This document shows, piece by piece, positions 12,655 to 21,905 of a stretch of 64,000 nucleotides of DNA. Both the position numbers and the translations under genes were made by a program. Every line of letters begins with the position of its first letter. Positions within the stretch are counted from its first letter, which is position 1. Location of the stretch: positions 3,051,801 through 3,115,800 of the forward strand of contig OZ316891.1 in assembly GCA_973895155.1 (NCBI GenBank). The letters run 5' to 3'. The stretch comes from Marsupella aquatica. Its lineage: Eukaryota > Plantae > Marchantiophyta. The notes beneath the pieces are model-generated. The model was given only the letters and a program-made list of their open reading frames with translations, was not told the DNA's origin and made no database searches.

Positions 12655-12958
12655 TGATGGGTTTTGGACATGTGTGGACATGAGTTCCACTTGTATTCCA
12701 TTCTCTTGTGTTTGTGATGTGGCAGTGTGACTATGTTTGGATGTATGTGACAAGCGATGTATGTTGTGTAGCGATGTGTATGCGCACGACAGTTGCCAGT
12801 TGATCGATGGCGCGCCCAGTATGCGCAATAGGATCCGAGTTGGAGGCCAAATGTTTAGGGACCAAATTTGGTCCAGGGTGGCAGGTCTCCAAAAGCATAT
12901 ATGAAGGGAGTGGTGTCTCCCTGGGGGCCAAGGGCGAGCCGAAGTCGTGAGCCGCGGC
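12655..12958 (+). repeat. Second LTR copy, left part (interrupted by the CACTA)
   Basis: Starts TGATGGG and matches 12186..12324; ends at the CACTA TSD GGC. Confidence 0.6.
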
Positions 12959-12989
12959 CACTAGTAGAAACCGGGGTAATTTAGACCAT

Positions 12990-13115
12990 ACCTTATAGGA
13001 CTATGCCCACTAAGTCCTTTTTCCATACTTAAAACGACTCGCACTGTTTGCCCCGGTTTTGTTGAAGACTAGAAAAGACTATGAGTGTTTTATGGTTCAC
13101 TAAAAGACTATGAGA
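12990..13115. repeat. CACTA left subterminal repeats (putative TnpA binding sites)
   Basis: Repeated (A)AAGACTATG / GGACTATG / ACGACTCGCA motifs. Confidence 0.6.
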
Positions 13116-16100
13116 AGTAACCTTGCTACTTTGTGAAGGGTGAATAGTCTGTGGGTTATCATGGACCATAATGTTCACTTATGTTGAGGAGGGGTAATTC
13201 TATAAAGAGGGTGATAGCAAGGGGCATAACTCATTAAATGGCCTTATTTGTGAGCAAAAAGGTTTTGGGTTTAATGAAGTGGGGTTCATGGAGGATGGAC
13301 TACGGAGGGATGGTCAATATATTTTTGGCCATTACTAAATCCATCTATAAAAGGCCAAGAAGCACAAAGGTAGATTTGTAACGGTCCTTTTTCATACATT
13401 AGAGCTCCCTATCATTCTTGCACCGGGAATATTGCTTTTTAGGACCGGATATAATGTTGGGCAACCTTAATCCTCATTACAGCACAATAAAATGCCAATA
13501 TCATACATGTATGTGCAAATATGACCATTCATTGCCTTCTTAGGGTTTAGGGTGTTTGCCTTGTTGGAGTCTACTAGTGTTTAGAGAACATATGCTTAAT
13601 TATGTGCTCAACTGCTGACCCCAATGGTAAGGGCTTCATAAATTCCTTCCCTAATTTTTTTTAAGGGCTTTCTCAACCCTTGGGCCGGACTAAGTACAAA
13701 CTACATGGGCAAGGCGCGGGAGAATGAGGCCGTAACTCGGTGGCCTAAACAAGGTGGTGGGGTCTTGGGTCGGGTGTTCGGGGTTTTTCCAAAGGGTTTT
13801 TCATTCGCAGTTGTGCTTTCTCTATCTCTCCAGGCGCCATGCTGCATCCCTAAGTGTATACACTCTTGCCATCCACGCATGGCCCCTTACCTTTTACTGC
13901 CATTGTTGAATGCAGGATCAACCCGGATATAGCACCTGTGTAGAGGCATTGGGTGAGCGTAGTGAATGCCATTTGTGGGCCGAACGTTCGTGAGTCGAGA
14001 GCTACAGATCGTCCTACAGAACGACTGGCAGTCGGAGCGGCGCAGGAGCTTAGAGTGGGCCAACGCCAGCTGAATACAAGCCAGGAGTTGTTCGATAGCA
14101 TAAGGTGAGAGTCCAAGTTTTGTGTTGCTTTAGTGTCCGAGCAGCGTGCTGCCATTTCAGCCATAGTGCACCGCCTTTGAAGCTCCCGTTGTTAGGGCTG
14201 GTAAGACATCACGGCTACATTGCTTTTCTTTGTTGTCCTCTGTCTTTTTGTGGGGACAACCTACTTGATTTGAGCTGCGCAAATCGCCATAAGTTAAGGC
14301 ATGCGTCATGCCATCTGGATAGTGTGCCACCAAACTATGGGAGGATGAGCAACGCGTGGCTGTAACCAGGTATTCTGTCAGCACTGGCGAGATTTCATTG
14401 CTAAAATCCTATTGCCTGCAATGTGTCTTGTAATGTGTTTTTCCTCATTCAATCAGGAGCTAAGAAGGGTATTGTTAGGCTTCAATTACTCTGTGTTTTT
14501 CTCCAGCTCCATGGTACAGTTTGTGCTTTGTCTGGCACCCATGCTCCGTCGATCGTAGAGCTAGGTCAACCGAGCTTTGAAGAGGGAGGCTGTGGGAGCT
14601 CCTTACTGTGCTGCAACTGCTCTTCAATCAACGGAGTAGAGATTGTAGCTACGATCAGTGTTTGCGGAGCTGCCAGCCGGGTGCTTCGATAGTAGAGAAG
14701 AGCAGCCACAGTGATTCAGTCCTTCTCCTACTTGCAACCAAGGACCCCCTGTGCATCATAACGTTGGACCTCGGAGCTGAGCTGCGCATTGTCTCTATTA
14801 CATGCCTTGTTCTCCCGTCCAATGTTTCCTGCGATTTTCTTTCTTCTAGAAGAGAATGGTGATTTCTTCTTCAATCAAACAAAACCCCACCCAACCACCA
14901 CCCAAGAACGTGGGGTGTGCGCTTCTTAATCCTCCTCAAACTGGCCCCAAGTCTGCTGAAACCCCATATATTACCCACCGGCACCAATGGTCCAGTCCCA
15001 ACCCGTCTTCCGCTTGCCACCCTCCTCACTCTCTCGCGCATCTATCTCCCGATATTTCACGCGCAGCCGAGCCCACCAAAAGCTCTCTCCCTACAATCCC
15101 TCCTAAATCAACTTTCTTGTTTCCTACTGCTGCTGATGTATGTTTGTTCTCCCCTATTTTTGTTTACTGATTGGTCTCTCCACACTTCTTGCTTGACATT
15201 ACTGTTTTGCTCCTCCCTGGATCCGAACATGCCTTGTGCCCCGTGCTCCAACCTGCATCCTTTTCTTTACTGAGGGGGGGACCACAGCCTCCAGCCATAC
15301 CTTGTGGCGGGCCTGGTCAAGACGGTGGTCAGCCGCTCATTTTTGCGCTTTTTGGATTTGTTTCCCAAGCTTCTGGGCAAGGGCATTACCATTCCGGATT
15401 CTCCCCGAGGCGCCACTAGCTTTTTTTCTCGGTTGCCCGTGTGCCTACCTTCTTAGTTTAGTTCTTATTTTCTCTCGGTAGGTTTTCATTCACCTGATTT
15501 GGACTTTTTGCTCCGGTGGAATCTGTCTTGACAACTTGTGGGAGTTCTAATTGTTTATATTGAGCATTACATTAGAGGAGAATTATGAGAAGCTCCTTTT
15601 GTAGCATCCACATGAATGCTGCTGGTGTGAATCCTGTGTCAAGTGCAGGGTTGGTGATGGCAATTTTGAATGGTTCCATTGCTCAGCCAGTGGTGTTGCT
15701 CAGTCACTGAGGCGGGGCAGGGGCCCACCTTTGTAAGGTACAAACTAACTCAGAATTTGAATGTAGTATTTGGCTTCAATTGGCTCCTTGGTTTTGCTGG
15801 CTTCACAATGTCTGCTCATAACATTTTTTGATGAACATAGGTATGGATAGAACATAGTAATTGGGAATTCGAATCACACTGTTGTCTGCTTTGTTGGAAT
15901 GTGTAACTGCATACACATTCCACCTGAGGGTCGCAAGCTGGAAACATTTGGAGGGGTTAGTTTTTTGCAGCTTAAACCTATCAGGATTTTGCGCTTGTGG
16001 TGACGCTATCCTTTCTGCCACTTCATGAGTTTGTTATGGACACTGTGTATCAAAGTTCTTCTCAGGAGGCGCTGAGTTTGACAGGTCCATGTAGCTGCGC

Positions 16101-17193
16101 CATACAGCTTAGACTGGTGTAAGCAACTCAAATCAGTTGCTTTAGGCCTGCAGGATCGCGACCTAGATTTGCAAGTTGATTCTCCATGTTCACAGAACTC
16201 AATTTTTCAACATTGCTTTTGCTTTGTTGCTGACTGTCCTTGCCCGTAAAAGTACTTATATTCTCTGAGCTGCGGTTGGTTTGCAAGTCCCTGTAAGGTA
16301 TCAATGTACCTTTCTCCTCATTTTTTCCGCCTCACTTCCCTCTAAACCTTCACTTCGAGAATTACCTGAAACAAATCACTGTCTTTCTTGTGTCTATGTA
16401 CGCAGTGTCTGAGTTTCATCGTAATCTGTTGCATACCAATCACTGCAAGCCATTGCCATTGCTATCTCTGTTACGTCTATGTTGCTATCTCCATCTTCAA
16501 GCTGTCTGTGCAACTCTCAGGTGAGCTCGTTCATTGATGATTCATCGATTCTATGTTTTGAGCTGGACTTGCGCTTTGTATTGCATTGCAAAGCTTTGAC
16601 TTTGAACTACGATTTCTCGTTCATAACTACGATGACCACTACATTGCCTTACTCTGTTCATTGCAGTAGCACAAATACTCAATTTCATTGACAGAGATAC
16701 TGAAATTGCCACCCACTTTGTTTCAGTGTGTTTGACTGCTCGCTCTTGCAACTTTGGAGGAGGGAGTCTACAGGCGGGAACTGACAACACGCATTGAAGG
16801 TAGTTGAAGTCACTTGGAGAAATCATTCTTCCATATACATAGTTTCAGATTTAAAAAATGCTCCTTCTCAGCAGCATGTATTGAGTAGTTTGCCTGTCAG
16901 TTGAGTTATTGCTTTCCCATTGACAAACCTAGCATGTGGAGGAATTGCTAATTGAGCTGTATATTGCTTTGCCAGCTGAGCTCCTTGTTGAGCTCCTTTG
17001 GCGCCTTGCTGTGGAGGTAAGCCAACGCTTCACCTCATCTCAACCTTGACCTTCATTTTTTACTGGTGAGAGACTGAGTTGCCTCAAAAGTTGTGAACGT
17101 TGAGTTGTGTTGCGGTTGATAGCCTACTTTAAAGATCACGTCAGTATAGTGTGGATAGTTAACGAAGGGTGTGTGCTGCATTTTGATCTGGAC

Positions 17194-17232
17194 AACCAAG
17201 TGTAGAGTTGACTCTTTCTGAATGTTGTAGTC
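17194..17232 (-). pseudogene. Captured ubiquitin fragment (antisense to the CACTA genes)
   Basis: Reverse complement reads GAC TAC AAC ATT CAG AAA GAG TCA ACT CTA CAC TTG GTT = DYNIQKESTLHLV, identical to ubiquitin residues 58-70. Confidence 0.8.
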
Positions 17233-17680
17233 TGTTTTGCCTTGAACTGGGCCGTGGATGAATTGAGCTCGTGAGCAGTTTTTTTCTTTCCCATCTTCCT
17301 GAAGCTTTGTCTGCTTTCTGCCACCTCAGTGGAGGTTCACTTGCACAACACGACAACCAATGAGTTTTCTCTTTGCTGCAACCTGCAAGGTGAGACTTTC
17401 AATCTTTCTGGATGAAAAAACAGGATCCAAATATGATTTATGTACATGTCCATGGAGAACATGGTTTTATATACATGCTCTTTGTCTTAGGAACTCAACA
17501 TCAAATATGTACTATGCACTTTTCATGCTATGTGTATACTGTGACCTGTAGTTGGAACCAATTTAGTGAGTGGGAACTGATAAGTGCAGGTTGGTTGCTG
17601 TGGGCAAGGCAAGTCGACCTCCTGCTCGCCTTGCTCATCAAAGGACGTGAACAGAGGACATCACAACAAAAGCAACACTT

Positions 17681-18130
17681 ATGGTGAGGACCCGCAACGC
17701 TAAACATGTGCGGCTTGCACGCAAGGCAGAGATGTTGCGCCTTGAGTATGTCAGACTGGGGATCCTTCCAGTCCAGTCTGCATGGTACTTTGAGTACCCT
17801 ATTCTTTCCAGGAACAACTACAGCCGGCCACTACCTGCTTCAGTACCCTTCCCGACATCCTTGGTATTTGTGTCTCTTGTACATGACCCACCACAAATTA
17901 GGTGCCAAGGGTGTGTGCACAGTTGCCAATATGACTGTCCTGCCTGTAGGGCTTCTGGCCCAGAGTTGGATGACCGTTCTCTTGGATGTCCGTTTTTGCA
18001 TAGAGCACAATGTATCATCTGGAACCACTCGCCATCCTGCAGTGTGCCTGGCGATGTCACTTGTCCTGCCCTCCCAGACCCCACCACCAGTGACTTTGGT
18101 GTCTACACATGTTTGGATCACACGCTCTAG
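17681..18130 (+). CDS. CACTA cargo ORF1: 149-aa basic N-terminus and Cys/His-rich putative zinc-binding protein
   Basis: ATG-initiated and uninterrupted; CQGC..CQYDCPAC..GCPFLH..C..YTCLDH; same strand as neighbouring cargo. Confidence 0.5.
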   Translation: MVRTRNAKHVRLARKAEMLRLEYVRLGILPVQSAWYFEYPILSRNNYSRPLPASVPFPTSLVFVSLVHDPPQIRCQGCVHSCQYDCPACRASGPELDDRSLGCPFLHRAQCIIWNHSPSCSVPGDVTCPALPDPTTSDFGVYTCLDHTL

Positions 18131-18773
18131 AGGACCGCTTGTCACACCGCATGCACAGACCAGAGACCATTGACCTATAACTTAACACTCTGACTTGAAC
18201 AGAGAGGATATTTACTAAAAAATTTGAATTATGAGCAATTTTGGGTCCAGGGTTTAGGGTCAACAGTACATAACTTATCCTATTATGGCTGCACTAAGTA
18301 GAATATCCTAATTTAAGATGCTAGCAAGCTCACTTAAAAGTCTCCTTTCAAAGACTGGAATTAATGGGCCATGTGATAACCTGGAAAAAGTGATTTATGC
18401 CTAACTTATTTGCCTCATTCACTATCATAGCCTATTTAGGATGTATAAATTACAACCCTGATCACACTGCTTGATACCAATCCTGTTCAAAAAATGCCTG
18501 TTTTACATGTGACGACTATTGTATGTGATTCAAATGCATTAAATCTTGTTGCAGATCTCCTTTGGTGAATCATAGCCACAAAATTGAGGTGTAGGTGGAG
18601 CTATTGTACTAGGGGATCAGTTTTCAGTGTGGGCTCAACAAACGATAAAGTATGTCTACTCTGCATCTCTATGTGATCATTTCATTGCAGTAGCAATTGC
18701 CACTCTAGTCTATATGCTACACTGTACTTTTTGTACACTGCTAAACTGTATTGTATCTGTCTCATGCGTAGGC

Positions 18774-19454
18774 ATGGCACGCCCTAAAATCCGAGCCAAG
18801 AAGCGGGGGACAGAGGTGAGCAACACAGGTGTAGTTGGGCCAGATGGTAGTAACTTCTCCGCAAGTCAAATTTTCTAGAAGGCAGCTCATTGTTGTGCCA
18901 TTTGTGACGATGGTGGGGGCTTAGCCATATGTGAGGGCCCTTGCATGAGGCATTTCCACCTCAACCCAGAGTCTGACCTTGCTACAGAAAACAACTGTCC
19001 AGGGGTGGGCCTCCCGTCAGCACACTAGGGAGGCTGGATGTGCACTGATTGTTTGGAGAAGCAGGCTAAGTGTAATCAGTGTGGGAAGTTGGGGTCTTAT
19101 GAGGGCTCTGTTGATGCTCCACCACTTGTTAGGAAATGCCCTGACAGATATTGTGTGAGGTTCTTTTGTTTTTCATGTTTGCCCGATCTTGCCACAGCTT
19201 GCCCACTTCATAAGTGCAAGGCATGTGGTCAGCACGATGAAGATTTCTGGGTGGACATAGTCCACTGTGTTAGGTGTCCCACCATGTGGCACTTTCATTG
19301 TTTGAAGGAGCGTCAAGCAGAAGGCTATGCTTGTGACAGACACATCTATCATCACTCTGCACATGGTGTTGATCGATGGATCTTCTATTGTCATCGCCAT
19401 GCCATAGATCCTACTTTGCACACTCCTATGAGAGATCACATTTCTTGGCTTTGA
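18774..19454 (+). pseudogene. CACTA cargo ORF2: stand-alone EDM2-type composite triple PHD finger (226 codons, two in-frame TAG)
   Basis: One frame from ATG 18774: CAICDDGG..CEGPCMRHFH..WMCTDC..CNQCGKLGS..CPLHKCKAC..CVRCPTMWHFHCL..RWIFYCHRHAIDPTLHTPMRDHISW. TAGs at 18876 and 19026. Splice acceptor just before the ATG. Confidence 0.88.
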
Positions 19455-20016
19455 ACCTAAGTAATGTACATGCATAGTGCACCTGATGTGGATACCTTGG
19501 AGATTGCAGACATTCCAATTTTGAGAAGAAGGACCTCTGTAGGAGAGGATGCTTAGGCAACAATTACCCTAAGTTCATTACTTGTTCCTGGGTACATGCC
19601 TTCAAAAACTCCCCTACAGCCCTCTAGGAACTTTTTTAACTCTGCAATCATTTTGATCACGACTTACACGACACTACTTAAATTAAATCAGGACTTCTCA
19701 TTATCAGCATATAAGTTACAAGGCTATTTAATTTGCGAGAATTCCCTTAAAGTGTACCAACATTTTGTATTCTCATTGAATGTCTGCCCATTTACAACAT
19801 CTGTATGTGGCATCACAAAACAATTGCACTTGTCACCTTCAATATTGTAAAGGCACATATTCAAACTATGAGGTGCATCCTTGCAGGTGTCTAGTACGTT
19901 TGAACCAATATTTCTACCATTTGGAATCGGAGCAGAGACTCACCAGACGACTGGACTGGATTATCAGGTGAACGCATTATCTTCCGGTCTGTAGTGATTA
20001 GGTGGGGTGTGTGTAC

Positions 20017-20865
20017 ATGGCCTCTAGGAAACGTACAAAGGTTGACCACCCGCCTCTGTTGGCTGGAATCAAAGCCATTTTGATTCCTGGCCACTATGGG
20101 TTCACCCAAGTGAGTTGGCCAATCGTACAAAAACGATTCTCAGAGTTCCATGGGACTGAAGTCAAGGACATCACTCCACAGACTACACATGTTGTTGCGG
20201 GGACATGGTTGGATGTGATGAACAAGTGGTCATGGTCCTTCATTGATTCTGCCATTACCAACCAAGGTCTAAAAGTGGTTGAAGTCTCTTGGCTGACTGA
20301 TTCTGTTAAACATAGGTGTGTACAGAGTACTGAGCAATATGAGTTGTGGAAGAGTGAGGAGGCCACTGTAGAGGCTTTGGCTGAAAAGGAAGCCTATGAA
20401 GCAGCGGCAGAGAAACCCAACTTTGCTTCTGTCGAATATGGACCTGTTGTCAACATAGGACACCATCCTATGCGTGCAGATGCTATATTGAATGAGCATG
20501 GCAAGGAGAGAAATACCATTATGAAGGGGTTCAGTGTGGTATTTGCAGAAGAGGGAATTGGGGAGACTAAGTGCAGACTGTACAAGTCCATAGTTGTTGA
20601 GCTAGGTGGGACAGTGGAGGAGAGTCTAACAGAAACCTCCACTCATGTTGTAGGTCTGTCATACATGAAAATATGCAGAAAATTCTTTAAGACAACAGTG
20701 CGTCATTTTGTCATGAACAACAATCTTTGGGTGCTTTCCCCTGATTGGCTTCTGGAATCAGCAGCGAGAGGGAAACGACAGAATGCTTGGGACTTTGATA
20801 TTTTTGAGGCCTGGCCCTCCAAGCTTCAGCGAAGATGTATGCTTACCAATGGTGGGAGAAAGTGA
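20017..20865 (+). CDS. CACTA cargo ORF3: intact 282-aa tandem BRCT-domain protein (DNA polymerase lambda-like BRCT)
   Basis: Two repeats carry THVV and W-L-x-[DE]-S motifs (TTHVVAG..VEVSWLTDSV; LGGTVEESLTETSTHVVG..VLSPDWLLESA); N-terminal NLS-like RKRTK. Confidence 0.85.
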   Translation: MASRKRTKVDHPPLLAGIKAILIPGHYGFTQVSWPIVQKRFSEFHGTEVKDITPQTTHVVAGTWLDVMNKWSWSFIDSAITNQGLKVVEVSWLTDSVKHRCVQSTEQYELWKSEEATVEALAEKEAYEAAAEKPNFASVEYGPVVNIGHHPMRADAILNEHGKERNTIMKGFSVVFAEEGIGETKCRLYKSIVVELGGTVEESLTETSTHVVGLSYMKICRKFFKTTVRHFVMNNNLWVLSPDWLLESAARGKRQNAWDFDIFEAWPSKLQRRCMLTNGGRK

Positions 20866-21041
20866 GGAGTAGGAGTCCCTCATATTTTTGTATAAATCAC
20901 AATTTTGTAATAAATGTGATCCCTGAACTAACTCATCTTGTCATGGTTGGTCGCAGTTGAAGTGATTGTTGTTTCCTGCTGTGTGGGGTGTGACTGTGAA
21001 TCTACTTGCTGGGCTCTGTTTGGCTGAAAACTTTGGTGGGT

Positions 21042-21488
21042 ATGTTGTCTCTTCCAGACCGACAGGCCCTATGTAGGGTCCTCCTACGGGTTGCATCATG
21101 CATGGCTACTGCTTGGGCTTACTTGTGTGGATTGGTAACCAGACAGAGTGTAGCTCCATCCGAGATAATGCCTGCAGACCTTGGATGTGTTGTGAATGTT
21201 GTGGTGAATGAGGATGCACAGTCCGAAGAGGACATTTACTTTTCAGCAGATGAGTTAGACAAGCACGATGCTGTAGGTGGTTCCTTGTTGCCTAATTTGG
21301 CAGATGATATAGTTCTTACACATGTCTGGCCGAGGGTTCTTGTGGTGTCTGGCGCACAAGATATCTGCAAATATAGACTAATTAGTACCCAGTGGAGGGA
21401 CTTGGTAGCAACATGTGCACCATGGAGGGCACTGCTGCCACTGCTTGTAGGCACGGATCGGAGACCACCATGGCATGAGAAGGTTTAG
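21042..21488 (+). CDS. CACTA cargo ORF4: F-box domain protein (C-terminus possibly frameshifted)
   Basis: SLLPNLADDIVLTHVWPRV...ICKYRLISTQWRDLV matches the plant F-box consensus LP.LP.D...I..R.....R.V...W..L. Confidence 0.72.
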   Translation: MLSLPDRQALCRVLLRVASCMATAWAYLCGLVTRQSVAPSEIMPADLGCVVNVVVNEDAQSEEDIYFSADELDKHDAVGGSLLPNLADDIVLTHVWPRVLVVSGAQDICKYRLISTQWRDLVATCAPWRALLPLLVGTDRRPPWHEKV

Positions 21489-21905
21489 ACCTTGATGACT
21501 TAATGTACATGCCTGAGTACCTCAGGGCTAAGTGGCATCGACAACAGGATTGGTATCCGTATTTGATGTGGTAGTAAGATGAGGACATCTCACACCGGTC
21601 TCGCACCTGGCACCTGTGTCTATGACTATACATGATTGGACTCTAATATGGTCATGGATGTACGTGCAGAGGCAGTACATGTGAGGACAGCGGAGGAGTT
21701 GACACCCTCAAACATTTAGGAATTTTGTCTCATTCACTTGAGAATAGGTACATGACTCAGGCACCTATATTTTTTGTTTTTTTGTTTTTTTGAAACGTTA
21801 TGCTACGTATTTTGGCAAGTACAGTCGGGGGTGAAATCCTTAACAGGAAGTGTATTTTTCACTTGCATAATAAAATGATAGGGTGCTGAGTGCGTGTGTA
21901 TAGTG

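Noticed and set aside
15605-15736. Short frame HPHECCWCESCVKC..EWFHC resembling an ING-type PHD
   Set aside because: Cys spacing does not fit a PHD, there is no start codon, and TG-rich decayed sequence inflates Cys/Trp
18876-19028. In-frame TAGs as RNA-editing or readthrough sites
   Set aside because: The DNA is nuclear and TAG/TGA stops explained by methyl-C deamination are pervasive in all TEs here
20017-20865. Intactness of the BRCT ORF as proof of selection or domestication
   Set aside because: TnpD shows about 5 lesions in ~1,150 codons, so a 282-codon ORF could easily remain open by chance; a multi-copy dN/dS test is needed
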